Of a DNA stretch of 64,000 nt, positions 52,710 through 64,000 are shown piece by piece; position 1 is the first letter of the stretch; the number at the start of each line of letters is the position of its first letter. The DNA comes from Octopus sinensis (lineage: Eukaryota), in assembly GCF_006345805.1 (NCBI RefSeq), contig NC_043002.1, positions 26,970,001 to 27,034,000 on the forward strand. The letters run 5' to 3'. Position numbers and translations under genes: made by a program. The notes below the pieces were generated by a model. The model was not told where the DNA came from. It did no database searches and saw nothing but the letters and a program-made list of their open reading frames with translations.

Positions 52710-52982
52710 CAACTGTCTCTGACAGTGTGTGTACGTATGTGTGTGAAAGTCTTGTGCGTATGCGTGTGAAAGATGTGCGAGTCATTTTGATTGTATTTGC
52801 TCGCCCAACAACTGTTTGATACCCGGTGTTGGTTTGTTTATGTCCCCGTAATCTACCAGTTTGCCAAAGAGACCGTTAGGATAAGTACCAGTTTTTAAAG
52901 AATATTAAGTACCGGGGTGATTTGATCGACTAAATACTTCAAGGTCTCGTCCCCCAAGATGGTCGCAATCCAATGACTGAAA
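51192..52982 (+). mobile_element. Old SINE of the same long family, split by the Penelope fragment (head 51192-51355, tail 52790-52982)
   Basis: Degenerate head and 3' body align with 54222-54632. The Penelope piece sits in the central microsatellite. Confidence 0.6.
51416..52597 (+). mobile_element. Penelope-like 3' fragment (GIY-YIG C-terminus, CA-rich 3' region, pLTR tail)
   Basis: RLGNDMPISHHLR matches RLGNDTPVSRHFR at 61640. The tail at 52380-52597 resembles the pLTR at 34400-34610, with a decayed hammerhead at 52483-52515. Confidence 0.75.
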
Positions 52983-53389
52983 TATATGAATGATGAAAGA
53001 TCTTATAAGACAATTACAGGTGAAATATATGTATATAATACTCGGTAGAAGAACATATTTGGGATATGTTCTGTAACCAAGTGTATCTACCTGTTGGAAG
53101 AACGATATAAGCTACTTATACAGATGTGGAAGAGACATTTACAAAACTGCCATGCTTAAGTTTAACATGACACCAGAAACCATTATAAAAGTATCTCATG
53201 TCGTAAATCGAAAGATCAAGCTAAGTTCAGAGGATTCTTAATTATCTGAGTTGGAATCTCTAATCTTGTGTACGTGTTATTATATAGTAGTGATTTATCA
53301 CTCCGCTTTTGATTAAAATTTTCTTAACGAGTATAAATTATTTCCTTCAGTAATGCGATATAACAAACAGAAAAGTAGAAGAAAAAATA

Positions 53390-54684
53390 TGGGGTCGTAT
53401 CAAAATGTTCTCGGTGTAAATTCGTAGCCCGCCAACAGATGGCAACACATGGTTGCATGTGCAGTGAGAGCTAGCAATGACCTTCATGAGGTGTTGAGCT
53501 GAGTGACATAGCTATGTTTACTTCGCATCTTGTGAAACTTGTGTTTTTGTGATTACGTATATGTTGTAATGCCATTTTTGTCATGGACAGGAAGTTAGAA
53601 CAAAAAAGCCAACGTGAAATTTTATGTTAAACTTGGAAAGTCTCCTGCTGCCATGTTTAATATGCATCCGCAAGCTTACGGCGACGACGCAATTGGGTCA
53701 TACGTAATGTTCCTAGTGGTATGGGCGCACAACAAAGCCACAGCTCAATCAAGAACATGCTCATCGTCCCTGAGAATTTGATCCCGATGGCCAGAATGTC
53801 AATCGAGAGTTCAGCTGCTAAGTTTTGAAGCGTTTGAAGGAGCACAATCAGCGAAAGCGACCGGATCTAGGGAACGTGAAAAGTTGGATTCTTCACGACA
53901 ACAGCGCCCCCAATTACCGAGCTCTCCTCACTCGTCAGTTTTTTGCCCAAAACAACATAGTATTACTTACACCCCAGCCCTATTCGCCAGATTTAGGGCC
54001 TGCAAACTTCAGTCTCTTCTACAAGATGAAAATTCAACTCAAAGGTGCTCATTTTAACATTGTTCTAGAGATCCAGGGTGAATCGCAGAGGATCCTCGAC
54101 TCGCTCACGAAAGTCGACTTCCAGGTTGGATTCCAAAAGTGGCAGGAACCTTGGCACCGGTGTATTGCCGAGCAAGGTGACTATTTTCAAGGAGATGATT
54201 TTAAAACTTAGGTAAAACTTAGGCGCAGGAGTGGCTGTGTGGTAAGTAGCTTGCTAACAAACCACATGGTTCCGGGTTCAGTCCCACTGCGTGGCACCTT
54301 GGGCAAGTGTCTTCTGCTATAGCCCTGGGCCGACAATTGCCTTGTGAGTGGATTTGCTAGACGGAAACTGAAAGAAGCCCGTCGTATATATATATATGTG
54401 TGTGTGTGTGTGCGTATGTTTGTGTGTCTGTGTTTGTCCCCCCAACATTGCTTGACAACCGATGCTGGTGTGTTTACGTCCCCGTTACTTAGCAGTTCAG
54501 CAAAAGAGACCGATAGAATAAGTACTGGGCTTACAAAAGAATAAGTTCCGGGGTCGAGTTGCTTGATTAAAGGCGATGCTTCAGCATGGCCGCGGTCAAA
54601 TGACTGAAACAAGTAAAAGAGTAAAAGAGTAAAATATGTTATTTTTTCTTAAAACTAGTGCGGGAAATTTTTGATACCACATCG
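53390..54684 (+). mobile_element. Internally deleted mariner of a second family, with a nested SINE
   Basis: Degenerate TIRs at ~53390-53415 and ~54660-54684 with flanking TA. N-terminus MDRKLEQK.NVKF.VKLGKS at 53583. ORF 53825-54211 has ILHDNSAP...PQPYSPDLGPANF...WQEPWHRCIAEQGDYFQG. Confidence 0.85.
54222..54632 (+). mobile_element. tRNA-derived SINE, full length, nested in mariner
   Basis: GGCGCAGGAGTGGCTGTGTGGTAAG head, GGTTCAGTCCC box B, central microsatellite, (GTAAAAGA)n tail. Confidence 0.9.
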
Positions 54685-55909
54685 TATGTATAAATATAAA
54701 GAACTCAAAACTGTGATAATCTATTACGTTGTTGCATACATTAATGACATGTATATTGTCTAGTCACGTGTGTGTGTATGTATACACATGCCTATCAGCG
54801 TATATTTATGCGTGTGTATCGATTTTTGACGGTTGCAATTGAAATCATCTCCATTGATACTGTAACATTCATGCCTTTATTGTACTCCTTCACGGCACCC
54901 TTTTCTTGACCCCAACTTCTAAATTTTAATTCCTCTCACTATCGCTCTTTGTCTCTCTATAATCACCTCTTACTTCATCTTTCATCTTCCATTTGTGTTG
55001 TACTTTGTAGGTTTATATTTAAAAAAAATCTATTTAATTAAGCAGGTAGCCATACTTATTTTATGAGAGGTATTTCAAATTACAGTTACGACCAAACATA
55101 TTTTTCAAATTTATTAGCAATTCACACATTAACAAATTCAATTGCAACGTGAAGAGATATTGAGAAAATATAGTTTTGAATATAATTGCTATTTCTAGTT
55201 TAACGAACACAACTTGTTTTGCAAATGTGAGCATCCAGTGTGTAATTTGAGAGCAGGAAATTATAGAACTGTAAACAAAGTATGAGGGGGCACGAGACAA
55301 GGCAAACTGAAATAGTAGTAGGTGATGCAGATCGTGAGAGTGGTAGAAAGAGATGGTTCACAAGAAGAACAATTATGTCAGAAGTTTCGAGAATTACATT
55401 GGAAACTGAGCCCACCTGGGTGTTTCAAATTGTTATTGATGAAAGGAAGAGACCCTCTGTAGAACATTCATAACTTTTCTATGCAACTGAATTCAATTAG
55501 GGATTTGTCATCATGAATGGACAACTACACTGATAAAGACAAATCATTCTGCAATGCAAAGACAAATGTCAAAAATATGAGACATACAACCTGTGTTGCA
55601 TTGAAATTTCTTCAGTGGTGAAGACGAATATGGCTTTGAAATATTAAAAACCGGATAAAATTCTTGACAATCTAACTGATACAAGTATATAATTTTAATG
55701 TTCGAGTTAAACCATTCAACCAGCTGTATCGAACCTGTTTGCTAATATGCAATCGGAGGGATTGGGCTATATTAAAACACGTTATGAAAGTATCTGAAAT
55801 ACAAACCCTTCGACGCTTTAATGAGATGCAATCAATAACGACGTAACTGAGAGTTTGATTAGCTTTGCATTATTCCTTCAAGCTTCACTAGTAAGCTTCG
55901 AGATACATA

Positions 55910-56080
55910 GGCACAGGGGTAGCTGTGTGGTAAGTAGCTTGCTTACCAACCACAGGATTCCGGGTTCAGTCCCACTACTTGGCACCTTGGGCAAATGTCT
56001 TCTACTATAGCCTCAGGCCGACCAAAGCCTTGTGAGTGGATTTGGTAGAGGGAAACCGAAAGAGACCCGTCGTATATATG

Positions 56081-56115
<35 letters not shown>

Positions 56116-56324
56116 ATGTTTGTGAGTCTGTGCTTGACCTCCCAACGTCTCTTGACAACCGGTGCTGGTGCGTTTACGTCACCGTAACTTACCGGTTCGG
56201 CAAAAGAGACCGATAGAATACGTACTAGACTTACAAAGAATAAGTCCTGGAGTCGATTTGCTCGACATGCAGTGCTCCAGCATGGCCGCAGTCAAACGAA
56301 TGAAACAAGTAAAAGAGTAAAGAG
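55910..56324 (+). mobile_element. tRNA-derived SINE, full length
   Basis: Collinear with 54222-54632 throughout. Confidence 0.9.
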
Positions 56325-57229
56325 ATTATATGCATAAGCTAATGCGTCTCCGTGGCTATCACCTGCAACTCAAATAGAAACGAAACATCACGAAGATATC
56401 TTTCAAGACCAAGTATACATTTGCAGGCTGCATCTTACATACACTTAAGATGAATATATGGATCGTTCACACTCAACATAGAATGATAAAAAGGGGTCTT
56501 GACACAAACCCAATCTAATTAATTCCATTATATTAGAAGGGTTTCCATATTCTGGTATGGAGGAAAGACTACTCAATAATCTTAAAACGAAATTGAATTA
56601 TAGTCTATGTGGTATCTTGAACGGAAATTCGTTTTACATGGGAAACAACAAATGCATCAACCGAACTCCAGAAAGATATGCTTAGGATATTCAAACAGAG
56701 AAAGGTTGTTATCATTCAAATAGAACACCAGAGGATAAAGGATCCCACGAAATGGATTTGTTAGAAAGTGTGAAAATGATAACACATGATTAGTTTCATA
56801 TTGTCTAACCGTGCTCAAGGTATTTACTCAGCATATCTCCATAAGTTCACTCAAAGTGCTTCCAAGCTGTACAGGAATAGTCCCTTAGTAAAATCAATGT
56901 TGATCCATCAAAATCTGTCCGATCATACATGGAAAAATAAGCTGGAAGTATAAGAAATCAGGGTGCCGTAGCTGCAGTTGGGCTATTAGTTAACAAGAAT
57001 GTTTTTTTCTCACACTTCTACTCGAAGTTCATTTCAAGATCTATTAACTGTCAAATGGTGAATATTGCGTAATCTGCGAACAAATATGCGTAAGGTCAGA
57101 CTTCGCTGGGCCATGATCGCCAGGTGTTTTATTAGGAGCAAGTAGCATTCATTTTGTAATAATGTAATTAATATATTATAAAGCAGTATTTCACTATGTA
57201 ATGGATTATTGGCCTCAATTGTGACTGTT

Positions 57230-58010
57230 ATGCTTTTGTCGATGTTCCGGCACCTGTTTTCTGAGGGAGGAGGCTCGCGTGTTTAGGTGTTCTTTGATGC
57301 GAATGTGTAAGGGACTTGTTGTACTACCCACATAGAACTTGTTGCATTTGTTACATTGTATTCTATGCACAGCATTTATCTGATGGCATAAATCTGTGTC
57401 ACAGATGGGGAAGTTAGCTAGTGTGCATCGATTGCTCGTTTCTTTGCTAATTGTCTTCTCAGAGAGGAGCCGGAGTGGGCTAGTTGTATGTCTAATCCTT
57501 CTCTCCTTATGGCTCTTCGGATGGCTGTAGTTATCCTCCCGATAAAATGGGGTATTTTAAAGGAAGTGTGTGTTGCTGGGTTTTTTGTGTGCTCGGTGTG
57601 TTTGTCGCCTTGGGTACTTAAGTCGATTTACAATAGCTATATAGTACCCGTTGGTTATCAGTACCTCTAGGAAGCATATGGTGTTGGTCACCTTGTCCTC
57701 TGTCCTGCTGCATTTGCTCTGGATGTATGGAAGTTCATTTCTGGCTTATCTTTTTTTTCCCCGAGTGGAAGGGCTGAATAGTAGTGAACAAACATATATC
57801 TACTGGCTGCTTTCCTGTAGAACTCGGTGTGAATCTCTCCTTCTTCCGTTATATTCAGTTTGAAGTCGAGCAGCGATAGGGATCCGGTATTGTCGGGATG
57901 TTCTATAGTGAACCGTATATTCATGTCCATGGTGAACGTCGTGAATATTCTGTCTGCCGCTTCACGGGTGGCTGTGTATGAGGATGTCACCTACGTACCT
58001 GGTAGTATGA
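57230..58010 (-). mobile_element. Penelope-like element remnant (RT core to GIY-YIG), different family
   Basis: Minus strand: RYVGDILI (decayed YVDD, 57986-57997), IRFTIEHPDNTGSLSLLDFKLNI...HTEFYRK, and GIY-YIG NAVHRIQCNKCNKFYVGSTTSPLHIRIKEHL. Confidence 0.85.
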
Positions 58011-59260
58011 TTTAATAAACTGCAGTAGGACCCTGTATTTGTAACCATAATAGTGATTAGCAAGTGATTTATTTGTATTCGTTTAATTAATTTAGTGTTT
58101 TGTGTTAAGCCTTCTCATAGGTCTACTAGGCTGAGTGTATTTAGGAACCTTTAGACAATTACTGTTTGTCTAGTAAGACCACCGCTTGGGATTGTGGTGG
58201 CTATTTCAGAAGATAGATTTAGTATTATAATTATATAATTTGAAGGTAAATGATCGAGCCATTACCTCCCCGTAACGGTAGTCTCCTCTTAACTGTAGTA
58301 CCTTCTGTCGCATGGTGCTTGTTTACATGTTTGGTTAGTTTATTTATAATATCATAAGCGACTTTGGGCCACTAATAACATACGATATTTCTCCATAATT
58401 TTACTTTTTATCTTCATTTACTTCTTTATTTACATCTACCCCTGTAACGGTCTTAATAGCTTGCACTTTGGTTTTTAAATTTATCTGACCAATTATATTG
58501 ATGGCTGAACTTTGGTCAATCCAATTACGGAAAACATGTGGTTGGTCTTTATAATGTATCAGTAAGTATATTAATGTAATTATTTTATGGGCATGTTATT
58601 TGGATAAACATTAATTAGTATTCTGTTGTGTCAGGGGAAAGTCATTTTCTCTTTTTGCCTTATAATGTAACACACTCACTGGTAAAATTTCCACTTATTA
58701 TTTCTTATTTATATTGTCGAAAAATTTTCATTGCATCTTGCACCAGAATATGCTTCAACACACGAACTCATATAAAGAAACCTGCAAACCAAAACCAAAA
58801 ACGAAATTAATTAGTATTATTTACGAAATCTTAAGTAATATTATTATCTAGACCTATTGGTAGATCCCGTTATACTGAAATACTTTTTTCATTTTTATAT
58901 TGTTTACACACCATGTTACCCATAAAAAAAATTAACCCACCAATTAATTTTCTAGTTTAATCATTTGCTCGACTTAAAGCGTTACACTGTAAATTGGTAT
59001 GATGTGAATATATTAAGCCTTCTTTTCTCATCTCGAGTCTGTACTCTTATTTCATGTATTTTTCTTCACTCTGATGAAACTCATTGTTCCAGATCGGATC
59101 TGCTATAGAATATGAAGAATATTATTCTCAGAATTTTCATTGGTAGTGCTGACGGATATTGGAAGCAGATACGGCTGTTAATAATGATAAAGTTTTATAT
59201 TAAAAAATAGTAATCGATGGTAGTCTATTTGTTCGTTGATGAAGGATTTTCTCCATTTAC

Positions 59261-59312
<52 letters not shown>

Positions 59313-59317
59313 ATTAT

Positions 59318-59755
59318 AAATACGGGCAAAAAGAAAAAAAGTTCATTGCCACTGTGCTGAAAAATAGATGCTATATCATCTAATCACATTGAATATTTTC
59401 ACTTGTATTATTACAAGATATGCTGGCCACTAATAAAAAAATTATCTATTTGGATATATTTCAGGAATGTAAATGTATACATGACATTTCATCTGCTTTT
59501 CCGTGGGTATGTGTAAGCATTTAATTTATTTTCTTTTTGTATTACTCACTGATGAAGGAAAAATCCTTTTTGGATTAATCTAGTGATCGGAACCAATTCG
59601 GGGATAACTATATTTTTATGAATTTCTATTAGCTTGCTTTCCTCATTTCGGCACGTGGTGTAGTAATACAAGAGAAAATATTTTATGTGGTTAGAAGATT
59701 TAGCGTTTATTTTTCAGTATATTGGCACAGAAAGTTTTTCTTTTTCCCCATATTT
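59318..59755. repeat. Foldback element with ~55-bp degenerate inverted arms between microsatellites
   Basis: 59318-59373 versus the reverse complement of 59701-59755 (AAATAYGGG..AAAAAGAAAAA...TGCCA...CTGAAAAATA...GCTA). Confidence 0.6.
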
Positions 59756-59878
59756 AAAATTGTATGTATAATTTTCACCTTAAAAGGTACTTTTCATATG
59801 CTGGCCACTGAAAAAATTACACACACACACATATATGTGTGTGTGTATGTTTGTATAGATAGATAGATAGATAGATCT

Positions 59879-59931
<53 letters not shown>

Positions 59932-59932
<1 letters not shown>

Positions 59933-60045
59933 CGGGAAGCTTTATGAAAATAAACAAAAGACGAAGGCAGGTGGAAAACAAACGAACAATTGTATTAGTA
60001 TGGCGCTCAGGAAATATAAATAAAACAAGTCTTTAACGTTTCGAG

Positions 60046-60048
<3 letters not shown>
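59932..60048 (-). mobile_element. Solo Penelope pseudo-LTR tail fragment
   Basis: Reverse complement GGCTCGAAACGTTAAAGACTT...TTTCCTGAGCGCCATACTAATAC matches 34509-34560. Embedded in (TA)n on both sides. Confidence 0.75.
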
Positions 60049-60049
<1 letters not shown>

Positions 60050-60095
<46 letters not shown>

Positions 60096-60127
60096 GATGA
60101 ATAGATAGGTAGATAAATAGATAGATG

Positions 60128-60222
<95 letters not shown>
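60050..60222. repeat. (TA)n then (GATA)n array
   Basis: Read directly. Confidence 0.95.
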
Positions 60223-60223
<1 letters not shown>

Positions 60224-61214
60224 TCTGCTGATGCTTTGTCAACGCAATAAATGCGTATGTGGAATGAAAGAAATGTGTATTATAAAGTTACAGAACAAAT
60301 CGAAATCAATATGAAGCATTCAGAGATCAGTTAATAAAATGCATGTTACACAAACCAACTAGAATGAAATGCTATTGGTATACTGTTCATAATTGTAGAC
60401 ATATCTCAACCACTGTTATATGTCACTAATTACCAACTGGGTTTAATGACTCAATATATTTCTTCTAATATTTTAGTATGAATAAACATAATTTTACAGA
60501 AGTTGGATACTTGTGAAAAATGTGGATTTATTCTAATAGACAATCACAACTACACACATTATACTCTTAATGAACTGGTGGAACGTATTCATTGATTATA
60601 AGTCAAGAAAATAGGTTCGACAGCATTCTATAGAAAGATCAATTAATAAGAAAAAATTTAAGAAAGTACTTTATATTATTTAAAAAATTATAAAATACAC
60701 TTTAATCTGTTATTTCTATGTATTTCAGTCATTACACTGCGGCCATGCTGGGGCTCCACATTGAAGAGTTTCAGTCGAACGAATCGACATCAATACATTG
60801 TTTTTTTACAGCTTGGTACTTATTCGATCTACTTTTTCTGCTTTGCTAAACTAAGCCAACACAGGCCACCATGTTTAACCTTCAAATACCAAAACAATGG
60901 ATAATATATAAAATCCATGGAGTACGCTGGGGAGAATACAATGTTAATGAAGCTACAATTTTAATTGGAATAGTATTATATTGTGAGTTGGTTGTTAACG
61001 ATATAATTTGAGTGTGCAAATGATAAATTTCAGTATAGGTTATAGAAGTTAAAAGTGAAAGAAAATGAATGATCGAACAAGAGATAGTATATTGTTTATC
61101 AAATTAAACGGACATATATATATGTTCGGTGGGATTTTTAGATCTATCTATATATCTATGCGAGTATATATCTATGTATGTATCTATGTATCCATATATA
61201 TATATATATATATG

Positions 61215-61313
<99 letters not shown>

Positions 61314-61314
61314 C

Positions 61315-61345
<31 letters not shown>

Positions 61346-61890
61346 GGAGTCGGTGATGTGATAGGGACGATGGTGTGTGCCTGTGAGGGTGGTGGTTCTG
61401 GAGGGGTAGGGCAGGTGCGATAGAGTGGGCGGTAGCAGAGAATGAGCCAGGTTGCCCCTACCTCTCCAATACTATCATCCTCACCGGTACCCATCATCGT
61501 CCCTATCACATCACCCACTCCTTTACCTGCACTTCTAGTAACGTCATTTAATGCATCACCTGCCCTTTCTGTCATTCCCTCTTCATTCGTCAAACAGGAC
61601 TCTGCTTGGCTGACTGGTTCGCGGAGCACCTCCGAGACATCAGACTCGGCAATGACACTCCGGTCTCGCGCCATTTCCGCTCTACCGGTCATTCGCTACA
61701 TCTGTCTGTGTTCGGACTGTCTTTCGTTAGGGAACATCCGGACTCCTGCCTTCGCATTGAACAGTACTTAATCTTCTCTCTTCACTCCTTTGCGCCACTT
61801 GGGCTCAACTCACCTCCTCTCTGCATTTGATACCACACAACACCACTCTACACACACTAGCACTGACTACTTCCCAGTGCCGAAACCACA
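61346..61890 (+). mobile_element. Penelope-like GIY-YIG endonuclease fragment with an inverted 5' arm
   Basis: 61454-61830 reads CPYLSNT...FTCTSSNVI*CITCPFCHSLFIRQTGLCLADWFAEHLRDI...PVSRHF...EQYLIFSL...PLGLN. 61346-61445 is a diverged inverted copy of the same linker region. Flanked by (TA)n. Confidence 0.85.
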
Positions 61891-61914
61891 CGCCATATAT
61901 ATGTATATATATAC

Positions 61915-62019
<105 letters not shown>

Positions 62020-63441
62020 CACATACATACATTTGTACATATAGCTGTCATACGGACATGCATTATATATATATGGGTGTGAAGGAAAGAGAATATATAT
62101 GAATCTGACATCATGGATTTGAACGTTTCTTGACTACATTGTATGGAAGTTTAACTGCTAAAATAACCCCAAAATTTGTTTTGTAAAGAATATTACTTCT
62201 CTGAAACAATGACGTTTCCACATGGTTCATTTTAAATAATTTCTCAGACACTGTCTCATATCATACTATAAAATCATGTATAAAATGATTGAAAGAACAA
62301 ACGTATAATGAAAGAGTTTCAAACTTCACCTGACATAAAATTCATAGTCTGGATATTTCATATTGATAAAAGTCAAATCCTTGATTAGTATCATAAATCT
62401 TGTTGATTTGAAGAAGTATATATATCTTCAAAGCAGAGGTTGATTGGTGTCGTAATAAATGTCAAATGTCACCCTGCAAACCGGTTATATAAGCTGTCAT
62501 GTGGTACACTAAATACTTTATATAGTATTGCATACATCTCATATTTAGGCCTATTATATATTATATATGCGTCTCTGTGTTTTGTGTGTGTGTTTCTGTT
62601 TGTGTGTGGGTCATTTTAATTAATCTCATTCAGTGAATGAACAATTTCAACTTTAAAGCAGTCTACCTTGGAGAACAATAACGCGGCTTTTGAAGATGAC
62701 TACAAAAATAATTGTAAGGCAGAAAGATGAAAAAGAAAAGCTATAAATGATATTTGTGTCAGAAAGAATGCACAGTTTTGTCCATCAATGTTAACAATAC
62801 CAAGTTGATTCAAAAACGGTTCTGGTAGGACGAATTCAATTTTATGTAAGTTGAACTCTCAATTTATGTTCTTAAAGTTAGAATATTTGTCGCATATCAT
62901 GTTGCATATTAGATTTAATAAGAAAATATAATAGACGGACTAATTTGCATGAGACTAACGTACATGAAAATAAAATAGTATGTGACTGTGAAATAAATGT
63001 CATAGAATGTTAGAAAGGAAGCAAGTCAAGAATAACATATACTATAGTGGAAATTAATGTGAAATCGGTTACAGTAACAGTTGGATTAAATTAAATTCAT
63101 AACCGCAAATAATGTTATAGTGTAAAGTTAATATACTGCATCAGAAAATACAATATAATTGATAAGGATGATACTCAATACAGGAGCGGATTGACTTTTA
63201 ATATTACTGTGAATTATGAGAGAAGTGTAAGAACTGTTTCATCAGTGCAAAAACGTGACATTGTAGAGACTTTCTACTATAAACAAAGAGGTGTTCAAAT
63301 TGATAACTACTTGACAGTTTAGTAGAATAATCAAATAACTGACTAATAAAGTATAGATCGATTAGAACAAATAGGTGTTATCAGAGTATTTACGTATAAC
63401 TTCAATTTATGAGACTAGTTGCTTCATGTGACTGGTGTTTT

Positions 63442-63525
<84 letters not shown>

Positions 63526-63655
63526 TAGGAGAGACAGAGAGAGAAATATCAAGATGTTTTATTGAACAACAAATACATTTTTGTTTTTGCTATATGCAAT
63601 GTTTAAGGTAGATTTCATGTTCTTTGTTGTACATATTACTATTCTTTACGTAGTT

Positions 63656-63800
63656 AAGGCGACGAGTTGGCAGAAGCTTTTGCACACCGGACATACAAAT
63701 ATGCTTAGTCACATGTCGTCTGTCTTGATCTTCTGATTTTAAATGCCGCCAAGGTCGACTTTGCTGTGCGTCTTTCGGGGTGGATTAAAATTAATTGTGC
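63656..63800 (+). mobile_element. Short tRNA-derived SINE (second family)
   Basis: GGCGACGAGTTGGCAGAAG head...GCCGCCAAGGTCGACTTTGC. Confidence 0.65.
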
Positions 63801-64000
63801 TATTTGTCCTGGATCCTTTGTCTTCTGAGATCAAACTACGCTGAGATCAACTTTGCCTTTCATGGTCAACGAAATATTGATCAAGTGTTGAAGTCAATAT
63901 CAGGGTAATAAAGATTTTAGAAAATGTTACTAGCAGTGACCTAGCGCATAGAAAAATTAGTTAATAGACTATGTATTATTCATATAAAATGCTGTTTACA

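Noticed and set aside
55282-55473. 63-aa ORF in moderately complex sequence
   Set aside because: No domain, no splice support, and short enough to arise by chance.
56900-57150. Possible RTE APE remnant (GAVAAVGLLVNKN-like)
   Set aside because: A single weak motif, insufficient to call.

Overview
AT-rich, microsatellite-dense eukaryotic DNA made almost entirely of transposable elements and simple repeats. The tRNA-derived SINE families resemble octopus/cephalopod SINEs (recalled family knowledge, not a database result). I find no convincing host protein-coding exon, rRNA, intact tRNA or CRISPR array. Most ORF-track entries are translated microsatellites. Main content: (1) a same-strand cluster of R4/Dong-like non-LTR retrotransposons (Myb-like, RT, CCHC, PD-(D/E)xK endonuclease) in (TAA)n arrays at 12.3-24.5 kb, one copy near intact; (2) several Penelope-like elements (RT, GIY-YIG, pseudo-LTR tails with decayed hammerhead ribozymes); (3) one complete and one internally deleted mariner; (4) RTE LINE remnants; (5) many SINEs. 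The most unusual object is a 2.05-kb element at 43926-45971. It encodes only an L1/Tx1-type ORF1 with a zinc knuckle and has no RT or endonuclease. It sits in a tRNA-like SINE head between degenerate 15-bp direct repeats and has an apparent promoter and 5'-UTR intron. One-base indels in homopolymers are common, so some frameshifts may be assembly errors.
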